A stretch of DNA of 64,000 nt from Neoechinorhynchus agilis. Lineage: Eukaryota > Animalia > Acanthocephala. Each line of letters begins with the position of its first letter. Within the stretch, counting starts at the first letter, position 1. The stretch is taken from assembly GCA_051530055.1 (NCBI GenBank), contig CM121343.1, positions 1,768,389 to 1,832,388 of the forward strand, in the 5' to 3' direction. A program made the translations under genes and the position numbers. Below are positions 1 to 10,994 of the stretch, piece by piece. The notes under the pieces are model-generated. The model was given only the letters and a program-made list of their open reading frames with translations. It made no database searches and was not told where the DNA came from.

Positions 1-103
1 AATCAAGACCGCAAATGTCTGTTGTATTTACGTTTTACAGTAACGATAGGTGCCGGACGCATGCTTGAGAAAAGTTTAATGCTAGCGATTGTTGTCCGAA
101 ATA

Positions 104-316
104 AACCACCACCTCGGATTTGAATTCACTGATTTATTGCCGATATTTCACGTCGGATAATTCTGACATTTTCCTAAGATCTGTCATTGTTAAAGTGTTA
201 AATTCGCACTTGAGCGTCTCACTTTTAAAAATGACAAACCTTGGAAAAATGTCGGAATTATCAGACGTGAAATATCGGGGAAATAAATTAGTGAATTTAA
301 ATCCGGGGTGGCAAAA
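104..316. mobile_element. Hairpin (MITE/foldback-like) element
   Basis: The arm ccaccacctcggatttgaattcactgatttattgccgatatttcacgtcggataattctgacattttcc (104-175) is inverted at ~240-316 (ggaaaaatgtcggaattatcagacgtgaaatatcggggaaataaattagtgaatttaaatccggggtgg). The same terminus recurs at ~29650-29690. Confidence 0.65.
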
Positions 317-559
317 CTACCAAAAGAAAGTATATTTTCCCCTGAAGATAATAATCCAAGAAACCTAGTACCGTTGCAACCGTCTTTCAAACGATGCTCA
401 CCGAACCATATACTCAATCAGGTTCGACAAGACCGACGTCCACCGTATCGAAAATTCCATCGACTGATAAAAGAGTCGATATTTATATTGAAATGGAAAA
501 ACACGATGGAAGGGAACAATGCAAAAGTTTCCCTCCAATTACCTGTAGTTGGCCTAAAT

Positions 560-790
560 GCACACAAGGAAGTTGGTCTTCGTCTACGGGGTTGACGATC
601 CCGGGTTCCCGAGTAGAGTTTGAACACCCCTATCCGGATTCTCAGATACCTCCTGAGGAGGCGGGACTCATCAGTGAGTTTCCTTCCTTCAGAGGTATGT
701 ATGAGATCGGTGTGGCGTCATACCAAAAAAACCGAGGACGGAATGTAATAATCTGATTCAAAAGACCCGGCTTGCCAGGAACATTTAAGA
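560..790. mobile_element. Rearranged SINE fragments: minus-strand body joined to plus-strand tail
   Basis: 615-700 is the reverse complement of the SINE body at 23520-23600. 695-785 (gagatcggtgtggc...ccggcttgccagg) matches the SINE 3' part at 23640-23745 in plus orientation. 570-614 matches 56409-56445. Confidence 0.65.
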
Positions 791-835
791 ATGAATTGAT
801 AAAATGACTCTGATTCAATCAGTCGAAGTTAATCC
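780..835 (-). repeat. Recurrent terminal motif ttatttaggtcgcttgtcgacacccgaggg
   Basis: The same motif occurs at ~25216-25250 (+), 44288-44318 (+), 56371-56408 (+), 56628-56680 (-) and partially 8011-8030 (-). It is usually bordered by (aac)n/(ttg)n. Confidence 0.75.
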
Positions 836-1469
836 GCTCCTCTCGGGTGTCGACAAGCGACCTAAATAACAACAAAAAATAGTAAATTACTCCCTCGCAA
901 TCCAACGAGGAAATGCGGTCAGCGTCCGGGGGACGATTTAATCTAAAAGAGTAGAATATTAACTTAAGAAAGAGATTTTCGAATTACGAAATAGAAATAA
1001 TCTACGAAATAAAATTTTTTTTATAGTTTATTCAAAGAAAAAACGGTCACTTATGCATATTATCTTATGAAACACAGCTAATAAAGCAATTAAAAAAATT
1101 AATAAGAAAAATAATTTATAGATTCTTTGAACGATTTTGCGTGTGTTCGCGTAAATGAACAGACTACTGGAAACCAAACATTGTGTACTCTATGTATTGT
1201 TCCGATGTTCGGGTGACCAAATATGCCAAACCGTTAGCAATTGGACCAACAAAGCGTTCGTCGTCCAACTCAGTCCATCTAAAAGTTCACAAGTAGTCGG
1301 TGGAACCGTAATGCGATCAAACTACCTGAATGTTTGTCCTCCAAGTAAAGTTCGTCTCAGATCAAGAGAATCCGATCCTATTAGCAATGTCCCCTTCAAC
1401 ATATCTTAATGCGGAATTTGTAGAAGTGTTTGAAAAGCACCCACTAATTATTAATATGCCGGCTTAGAC

Positions 1470-1830
1470 TGGCAAAATCACCGCAGCGTGCCATTTAAAG
1501 GCTCCGGTTCTTTCTTCTTAAAGTATTGATGTTTGTATACAAATCCCTTGACAATTCGGAGCACTATCGAATCACCTACGATAACTACAAATCGCTCAAG
1601 TACCTTTCGTCTCACCAACGTTACCATTCTGTCGATTTTACAAAGTTCTTGTAATCAAACGGTGCTGGTTCTAAAATCATTCACTTTCTGGATATAGTTC
1701 TACAGCAACCAAAGATACCCCTTTCTTATAGTCATCTTTTAAACCATTGACAACGGCTTTCGGTGTGGGAAATTCCTCAGTTTTATAAACTCTGCGGATT
1801 TTATCCCATTCTAAGATGGGTTTTAATACC
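1470..1830 (-). pseudogene. Decayed ORF, possibly a LINE ORF1 SGNH-esterase fragment
   Basis: Minus-strand translation includes ERFVVIVGDSIVLRIV, which resembles the GDS block-I motif of CR1/L2 ORF1 esterases. Several stops nearby; only one motif is seen. Confidence 0.25.
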
Positions 1831-2159
1831 TCAACCTTCGAATCCAGCAAAGCGCGTCAATGCGTAACTTGGAAACTGTCGCTTTCGACCTCAAGTGAAC
1901 CTCATTTGAGTCTTGTACCGCCTGGGATCTGAAAAGGTGTCCGGATGTTTTACACTTCTCATAGTTGATGTTCGGATGAACGATGCTTTCCATCACATCT
2001 CATTCCAGTTTATATCTAAAAATTAACAGACCGAAAAGCAAAAATTTACAATTAAAAGTAAATAAAAACGATCACAGATATTTCACTTAGTATTGTAAGG
2101 ATAAAATTTAAGTGTTTGACGATCGAACTGTTCATGTCTTTTTTGTGGCGGAGCAAATA

Positions 2160-2240
2160 AAACACTCAAATAACCTTGATAAAGGCACGAGATTGTGCCG
2201 AAATATCCGACCTAATAAATTACTTCTACTTTTTCCGCCA
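2160..2240 (+). repeat. Solitary copy of the shared satellite module
   Basis: aaccttgataaaggcacgagattgtgccgaaatatccgacctaataaatt combines the array-1/array-4 start with the array-2 core. Confidence 0.75.
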
Positions 2241-2882
2241 TAAAAAGGATAAAAAATCCTTCGGAATAATCGAATTACATATTTTATTGGAAATATTTCA
2301 CGAGTTAAGCTCGCCTCATCAGTCATTCTAAATTAATCTGTTAAGCCCCGAAATGTTCTCATCACAATTCTAGTTCAAGTAATGATTGAAATCACCAGGA
2401 AGATATTCTCTGCGTAATGATGCAAAATATCTCCAAACCACAACCAAGTATATTTGAGAATTTTTGAAAATCAGACCATTGTATCGATTTTCAAGTAGTG
2501 AGTAATGAGATAGTGTGCTTCAAAAAATCATATGAATAACAGTGGACTTTAGAGTAACCACAGAAATCGTTTTCGGTAAAGAAATCTCATTTTCTCTTAA
2601 TTTTATCGCAAATCTAAATACAATAGTAACACGCTTATTGTTAAAAATACAAAGAATAGGAGGACCCATGTACCTTTGGGTCCTCATAAGTATTCGAGCT
2701 CACAATTGTTTAAAAAAGGCGTGTCTGTTAGGATGGGAATATCTAGGCGGAGGGATGTCCATTCGGACGAGAATATCGAATTGGGGGATGCCCGTTCGTT
2801 TGAGAATATCCAGTTGTGTTTGGGAATTGGTGGTTATTGTTTGCAGAAGCGCTTGTAAGGTTGGTTTTCCCTCAAGTTCATT

Positions 2883-3630
2883 TCAAGTTATGATATCCGA
2901 GAAGATTGGGAAGCATGGAAAAAGGAGTGTAAGTATAGGGAGGTGCGAAGTCGAAGGGGGATGAAACGAATTAGGATTACGAGTGTTGTTCTCGTGTGAA
3001 AAGGGAGCGATATGTGGAAGATATTGTGGTGGTAGGGCTGAGAGGCGTTTTGATTGTTTTATGAAAATAGCATCAAGGCATTCGGTGAGAGGGGGAAAGT
3101 AAGTTGTGCAAATTTTAGATGCTATTTTATGAAGAATTCCAAGACGACGGATTTGAGATTTGGAAAGGTTGTAGAAGACGGGATAACCGTAGGTGAGGGA
3201 GGGTAAAATAAAGCAGAAGCAAAATTTGGATAGATCGGGTGAAGGGATTCCTAAATGTCCGAGGCGCTTGAGTAGAGAAATTTTAAAATTGTTGTGCTTG
3301 AGGGACAGAGTGATATGCGAGTCCCATTTTAAATTTGATTGAAATTGGATAACCAGAATTCTCACGGAGGTTACTCGTTGGATGTCGTTTATAAGCTCAG
3401 GGGATAATGTGGGGTTGCGGGAGAGAGCGGATCATTTCGAAGCATTTAGAGAAATTCAGGTGGAGTTTGTGATTGGTGTAGGAGAGGGAGAGTGGTGAAT
3501 GGGTGATGATGGTGATATCGCTGGCGTACGGGAAGAGTTTAAAGTGAGAAGAGAGAGGTTTTATGTCGTTTAGAAAAATATTAAATAGACGTGGTGACAG
3601 CACAGTGTTGACAGCACAAGTTGCAATCAC
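2883..3630 (-). mobile_element. Decayed CR1/L2-like LINE reverse transcriptase, 3' part
   Basis: ORF fragments VLSPRLFNIFLNDI...FPYASDITII (RT motifs B'/C, with YADD decayed) and NLKWDSHI...LLKRL...FILPSLTYG (thumb), separated by stops or frameshifts. Confidence 0.8.
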
Positions 3631-5784
3631 TGAAACCTTTTGAAAAAATCAGACTCCGCATTTCATCGTAAGTGGCTTCAAATACCATAGGTTTTGTATG
3701 ATTGGTTATGTGGATTCTATTTATTTTCGATATTATCTATATCTTTAGTTTACCGATTGATAAAAAGAGTTTATAAACATTCGAATATCTATTGCAACCG
3801 GAGTTTCCATTTGATTTAATTTCTTTTCCATTTCTGCAAACGATCTTGTGACAAAGAGGACACATTGTTGTTCTACCGGCCATTATATTAAAGGGGAGGA
3901 TTAGTAGAGGTGCTCAAGTATGGCATGCAAAGATCGTTTGAGAACACAAATCCGCATATTTCCTCCATGAGCGAGTGTCTGTCTTTTGTACGCATTGAGA
4001 ATTTGTTTAATATCTGCATTTTTAATATATAAACACGTTTTATTCAAGAGAAGAAGCACAAGTCACTGCCAATGAACCTTGTACTAAATTGAATTTGGTC
4101 GGTTAGGTTGCAGTTGTTTCCTCATATTCCTATATCAGTATCTAGATATCGCACTTTCAATGCCATTCAGTATTAGTGTTCCTTCAACCGATTTCACTAC
4201 GATCAATCTTAAATGTTCATGGTGGTCGCAAATTAGACGAGAAGCTACAATTGAAGCTACGCATGGATCATAGAAGTGTTCGACATGCAACGTCAACTTT
4301 GTCAATTGCTAATTTCCTTGAACGAAACCATTATACTAATCGCATTTGTCTTTAAGGTATATTCGATTGATTGAGGTTGTGCAGTAGACCGATTATTTTT
4401 ATTAATGATAGAATAGCTTGAAGCGCAAAAACGAAATTTTGTACAAAAGTAATTCGAACGTGATTCGCTTTAATTAAGAAAATCTTTGGTGGCCAAAGGT
4501 CGATCAAAGAAACGATATAGGAAGTCGTTGCGATTGTCACAAATCCAACCCAGCATCCTCGTAGTGACACCTAGGAAACGCTAAAGTTAGGGACTACATC
4601 GCAGAGTAATGTCTGTTGAGATATCATGGGCCCTTCGCCGTTTCGGTTGCCAGGTAGGTCTGTTAAGAACCCTGAACATTAGTAGGCAAAAGGGGCGGCA
4701 CTAGTGTAAGTCCTCAATGGCGATCTAGAATTATCGGAGGCGGTAAAACGGCGGACCCCGACAGACTAAGACTCAAGTGACCGCTTCTACCGTCAATCCT
4801 GACCATTGTCTCAAATTCTAGTTTTGCCATGGACCATGTGAGACCAAGCAATTGGAATTAAGATCACGCTACCAAATCTAGGGCCCTTATCCACTGTTCT
4901 TTTTATGAATGGAAAGCAATATAATAAATCAAAATAGAGCTAGGACACTCCCCGTAGGATGGATCGACCAACGAAGACGGCTAAGCAAGATAAAACTATA
5001 AACTGACGAAACATCATGTCCCGCTTAATTTCTCAGGGTAAAATATCTAAACTCTTCTGGGCAAGAAGGACACGGAACGTCCAATTCAAAGAACTGTAAT
5101 TGTGGGAAAATAGCTCCAGAGACGTGGCACTGACATAAAGGAAAGGAGAAAGAGTTGAGAATCCATTTTGTAGGACTCGCCGTGATCTTTTTAGCAATCT
5201 CCCAGGCAAAAACTGACATATATCCCAAAACCCGACAAAATCCTGCTTTTTTCCAACTGAAATTCAGATTTAAAAAGACTTGGATGCAGCCTAAATCAAA
5301 GCACTGGTTCCAAATTGAATTCGTAATCACAAAACAAACACAACTTGCAAGATGACTGGAGAAATTGACGAACTGTCTTTCTCGAAGCTGAAACTCTAAC
5401 TGAAGATGAAGCCGAGGTACCCGACGACGGATCCACCCAAAAGATGGAACATCGCAAAAATTAACGAATCAACGACAACATAAGCCTTCCAAACGGATAT
5501 TAACCAACATTTTCAGAATTCCAACAAGCCAAAACATTCTTTTTTTCCACTGTCAAATCTCTAATTTCAAATTAGAAGAAATAGAGTTGATCGCTGTTGT
5601 AAATTGACATAAAGAAAATATCGATAGAATATTTGAAATTCGGGTGGTGGTTTGATATATTGTTCGCGTTAAACGCGAATGCATATATTTCGACTAATTG
5701 AATCAATCACTAAAAATTGAATTGATAGTGACTGAGTCAATCAGTCGAAATATATACATTTGTCCATGTTTGCATCTGGCGTAA

Positions 5785-7925
5785 AATTTAAAAGAATTTA
5801 TTAAATCCGATATTTCTGTACCGTAATCTTGTACGCGTTCATTAAGGTTTCTCGTACTCACAAATTCAAAAACTTACAAGCAACCTCGATAAAGGCACGA
5901 GATTGTGTTCGAAGATTAAATTGTTGATGCTTGTTTATGGCGTAAAAATTAAAAGAATTTATTAAATCCGATATTTCTGTACCGTAATCTTGTACGCGTT
6001 CATCAAGGTTTCTTGTACTCACAAATTTAAAAACTTACAAGCAACCTCGATAAAGGCACGAGATTGTCTCTGAAGATTAGATTGTTGATTCTTGTTTATG
6101 GCGTATTAAAAGAATTTATTAAATCCGATATTTCTGTACCGTAATCTTGTACGCGTTCATCAAGGTTTCTTGTACTCACAAATTTAAAAACTTACAAGCA
6201 ACCGATAAAGGCACGAGATTGTCTCTGAAGATTAGATTGTTGATTCTTGTTTATGGCGTAAAGATTAAAAGAATTTATTAAATCCGATATTTCTGTACCG
6301 TAATCTTGTACGCGTTCATCAAGGTTTCTTGTACTCACAAATTTAAAAACTTACAAGCAACCTCGATAAAGGCACGAGATTGTCTCTGAAGATTAGATTG
6401 TTGATTCTTGTTTATGGCGTAAAGATTAAAAGAATTTATTAAATCCGATATTTCGGTACCGTAATCTTGTACGCGTTCATCAAGGTTTCTTGTACTCACA
6501 AATTTAAAAACTTACAAGCAACCTCGATAAAGGCACGAGATTGTCTTTGAAGATTAAATTGTTGATTCTTGTTTATGGCGTAAAGATTAAAAGAATTTAT
6601 TAAATCCGATATTTCGGTACCGTAATCTTGTACGCGTTCATCAAGGTTTCTTGTACTCACAAATTTAAAAACTTACAAGCAACCTCGACAAAGGCACGAG
6701 ATTGTGTTTGAAGATTAAATCGTTGATGATTGTTTATGGCGTGAAGATTAAAAGAATTTATTCGATATTTCGGTAACGTAATCTTGCTCGCATTCATCAA
6801 TGTTTCTTGTACTCACAAATTTGAAAACTTACAAGCAACCTCGATAAAGGCACGAGATTGTCTCTGAAGATTAGATTGTTGATTCTTGTTTATGGCGTAA
6901 AGATTAAAAGAATTTATTAAATCCGATATTTCTGTACCGTAATCTTGTACGCGTTCATCAAGGTTTCTTGTACTCACAAATTTAAAAACTTACAAGCAAC
7001 CTCGATAAAGGCACGAGATTGTCTCTGAAGATTAGATTGTTGATTCTTGTTTATGGCGTAAAGATTAAAAGAATTTATTAAATCCGATATTTCTGTACCG
7101 TAATCTTGTACGCGTTCATCAAGGTTTCTTGTACTCACAAATTTAAAAACTTACAAGCAACCTCGATAAAGGCACGAGATTGTCTCTGAAGATTAGATTG
7201 TTGATTCTTGTTTATGGCGTAAAGATTAAAAGAATTTATTAAATCCGATATTTCTGTACCGTAATCTTGTACGCGTTCATCAAGGTTTCTTGTACTCACA
7301 AATTTAAAAACTTACAAGCAACCTCGATAAAGGCACGAGATTGTCTCTGAAGATTAGATTGTTGATTCTTGTTTATGGCGTAAAGATTAAAAGAATTTAT
7401 TAAATCCGATATTTCGGTACCGTAATCTTGTACGCGTTCATCAAGGTTTTTGTACTCACAAATTTAAAAACTTACAAGCAACCTCGATAAAGGCACGAGA
7501 TTGTCTTTGAAGATTAAATTGTTGATGCTTGTTTATGGCGTAAATAAAAGAATTTATTAAATCCGATATTTCTGTACCGTAATCTTGTACGCGTTCATCA
7601 AGGTTTCTTGTACTCACAAATTTAAAAACTTACAAGCAACCTCGATAAAGGCACGAGATTGTCTCTGAAGATTAGATTGTTGATGCTTGTTTATGGCGTG
7701 AAGATTAAAAGAATTTATTAAATCCGATATTTCGGTACCGTAATCTTGCACGCGTTCATCAAGGTTTCTTGTACTCACAAATTTAAAAACTTACAAGCAA
7801 CCTCGATAAAGGCACGAGATTGTCTCTGAAGATTAGATTGTTGATTCTTGTTTATGGCGTAAAGATTAAAAGAATTTATTAAATCCGATATTTCTGTACC
7901 GTAATCTTGTACGCGTTCATCAAGG
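5785..7925. repeat. Satellite array 1, ~161-bp unit, ~13 copies
   Basis: aaatccgata recurs at 6441, 6602, 7080 and 7241 (period 161). Monomers are near-identical with no unique spacers. Confidence 0.97.
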
Positions 7926-8377
7926 TTGTGCCAAAATATTGGAACCAATAAATCCTTTTAATTTTTACCCCAGATGCAAACATGAACAATTGAATCAATC
8001 GAAATAAATACCCCTCGGATGTTGACAGGCGGAGTTGAGCTCATGAAACTGCTGATGCCTCAGATTAACTCCTTTAGCTTCATTATCGAGGTATCTCTAC
8101 GTCGATATTTTTTGTAAAGAAATTATTCATTATAGTTTCCGTTTCAATTAGCGATGTTTGATTCACAAAATAGATTTACCTTCAAAATTTTCGACCTTTT
8201 CATTGGGCTTCGTCAAAGGCCGAAAATTTTCAAATCAATTTCTGAATCAAACATCGCTAATTGAAACTGAAGTGGATACTTTTGTTGAACAAATAGAAAA
8301 CACATTGCAACTTCACGGCTCGTATCGAAACGAATCCCCTCCCAAACATTCTAGAACCCACTAATCTTTGTAGATTA

Positions 8378-8768
8378 GATGGAAGACGCCCTGATGGCGT
8401 GACCGTATTTCCTTGGCGGGAGGGAAAATGTTTGTTGTGGGATGCAACGAGTGTGGACACGTTGGCAAACTCCAACATCAGCCATTCGAAAAAAAGGTCC
8501 AGGAGGAGCGGCGACGGCTGCAGAGGATCGGAAATGCTCAAAATACAGGGAGCTAATCCGAAATTACCATTTTGTCCCCTTTGGTGTGGAAACGTATGGG
8601 CCCTTGGGAGGGTCGGCACTAGCCCTCCTGAAGGACTTGGGGAAACGAATCAGCGCGGCAACTGGAGAGCCAAGATCGACGTCGTTCTTGGCGCAAAAAA
8701 TAAGCATTGCGGTGCAGCGGGGCAATGCGGCTAGCATTTTGGCCAGCGCCGATGAATGGGAGCGTTGA
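8378..8768 (+). mobile_element. 5'-truncated CRE-like non-LTR retrotransposon, RLE endonuclease domain, frameshifted
   Basis: DGRRPDGVTVFPWREGKCLLWDATSVDTLA followed by AAEDRKCSKY..YHFVPFGVETYG..EPRSTSFLAQKISIAVQRGNAASI, the typical PD-(D/E)xK C-terminus of CRE-clade elements. Confidence 0.88.
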
Positions 8769-9142
8769 TGAAGCTATAAATTATGTATCGAATATATATT
8801 TAACATTGCTGATAAAATATGGTGAAGAAAATAAGAACTAAGAAATTCGATTTTATTGTGAATTTTCGGCCTTAGCGTATGCCTTCTTCAGACTATTGCT
8901 TTTAAGTTTTTTAATATGTGTAAGTGCTGTCTGTATGCTTACTTAAAAATTTGATCTTAAATTAAAAAAATGAACTATTGATTTTTTTAGATTTATCGGC
9001 AAGTTGCCATTCTTTAAAAGAATTTTGGATGACCATTTCTTGGAAGGTATGACGTAATGTCCATTTTGCATTAGATTCTGTCGTATCATTCGTAATTATC
9101 GTCCACGTTTGATTTCAACATCATGTGCGCACGCGCCCATCG

Positions 9143-9986
9143 ATGACGACCAGTGAAGAATGTGGATCGAGCAGCTCTGAGTCTTATGATGAAGACCTCG
9201 ATGTGGATAACATGAGTATCCCATCACTTGGCCAGTTTATTGGGCCGGCCGAAATTGCAAGAAAAGAAGCTTCTCGTGTTGAAGCATTGGAAAAACGAAG
9301 AGCTAAACGCCATGAAATGGTGATAAGAAGATTATGGGTAAAGATTCAGTACGGAGGGGAAAATCCGAATGAATCTTTCGTTAAGTCAAGAAGCCAGGGA
9401 CATTGCCGAACGTTTAAACATAAGAGGATGTGTGCTTCATAGTGCTGAAGATATTTGCTTTCGATACGCGTCCAGAGCCAAATTCCGGCCAAGTTTTTGT
9501 AGCCACATTTGTGCAGCAGCGATTTTTATTGCTTGTAGACGGGCTCAGTGCCCTCGGACTCTAAAGGAAGTCGTTTTGGCCGTTAATGATGGATCTCTGT
9601 CGCTGACTAGACGTTTCCATGGAAAGATACTTCGAACTCTTCAAGAGTGTAACTACGTTGCGAAACCTGAAGAGTTTATAAATCGATTCTGCCGACTTCT
9701 CGATCTACCGGTCAATGTAATGTCACTCGCTACACATTTCGCGAAACGTTCCGAAGAACTGAAAATAGTCTCAAACCGAAATCCGGTTGCAGTTTCATCG
9801 GCCTGTATTTACATGGCCGCGGCCGCCTTACAAATACCTCGCACTTCTGAATTAATGTTTGAAAAAACAGGAGTTCCTATTTCCACTTTACGTTGTGTTT
9901 ATGGAATACTGTTGAAAAATGCATCAAAAATGTATCCTACGGACCAAACATTGCCTGTTGCACCTTACGGTCTACCCACTCCGTGA
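9143..9986 (+). CDS. TFIIB-like protein (two cyclin folds, no zinc ribbon); N-terminal join needs a frame change near 9350
   Basis: ORF 9369-9986 contains AAAIFIACRRAQCPRTLKEV, PEEFINRFCRLLDLP and RNPVAVSSACIYMAA, which are TFIIB core repeats. The upstream acidic ORF from ATG 9143 is in another frame, and I could not find a GT-AG intron of the right phase. Confidence 0.8.
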
Positions 9987-10374
9987 CTTATCGACATTGA
10001 GCGATTTTTTTAGGAAATAATCGATTTTTTATGAAATATGAATCACGCTTTCGTTTTACTTTAGCACTATTCTGATAATACCACGTTTGTTAATTAACAA
10101 CCAAAAGGATCCGTGTATCTTTGGGTCCTCATTACCTCCCCAGGGGAAAGTATTTACTTCCATTCGTAGCTGAGAAGATGCTTCCTTTGCTGGCCCGTGG
10201 CTTTTTATGGAGCTGAATGCTGGTTAATCCCTGATGGGCAACGCCTCGCCGTCAAGGAAACGAAAGTGTTGATGTTCATGGCTGAAAAATTGAAGAGATT
10301 TTTTTAAATCAGATATCTCGGCACAATATCATGCCTTTATCATGACTGCTAAGGTGCCGAAATATCGCACTTGA

Positions 10375-10570
10375 AAATTTTTTATAGGGAATTATAATAA
10401 TTGATTCATTTGATAATTTTCGGCCTTATCCAGTCTATTGCTTGCAAGTTTTTTCAGAGACGCATTCACAGTTGAAAAAACTTGCAAGCAATAGACTGGA
10501 TAAGGCCTACGCGAAGGCCGAAAATTATCAAATAAATCAATCAATTATTGTAATTCGCTATAAAAAAGTA
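10375..10570. mobile_element. Hairpin MITE-like element
   Basis: ggccttatccagtctattgcttgcaagtttttt (10422-10454) is perfectly inverted at 10475-10507. The outer arms are also complementary (ttttttatagg...tgataattttcgg / ccgaaaattatca...ctataaaaaa). Confidence 0.75.
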
Positions 10571-10994
10571 AATGATGAACATCTTTACACATATATTTGG
10601 AGTTAAATTCAGTGCTATCTCCAATTTTTATCCGATCGCATAAACATCGGCTTGATATATTAAGGAGATATGGTGAAACCTTGATAAAAAAGCGTTCAAA
10701 ATTGTGGGGTTCCGGAAACAATCCGATTTAATAAAATTCCTTCAATTTTTCAATGCAATAAACCCAAAAATGTATTTGGAGTTAAATTCAACGTTCCTTT
10801 CTTCACAGTTGATCTAAACATATAAATTTTTCTTATTTTTATCCGATCGAAAACGTCGGCTTGATATATTAATAAAAGAAACCTTGATAAAAAAGTGTTC
10901 AAGATTGTGGTTCCGAAAACGATCGGATTTAATAAAATTCCTTCAATTTTTCAATGCAATAAACCCAAAAATATATTTGGAGTTAAATTCAAGG

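Noticed and set aside
394-756. Protein motif IPPEEAGLISEFP repeated at 394-756 and 34746-35063
   Set aside because: It is the antisense reading of the SINE body; the 23421 copy is frameshifted in this frame.
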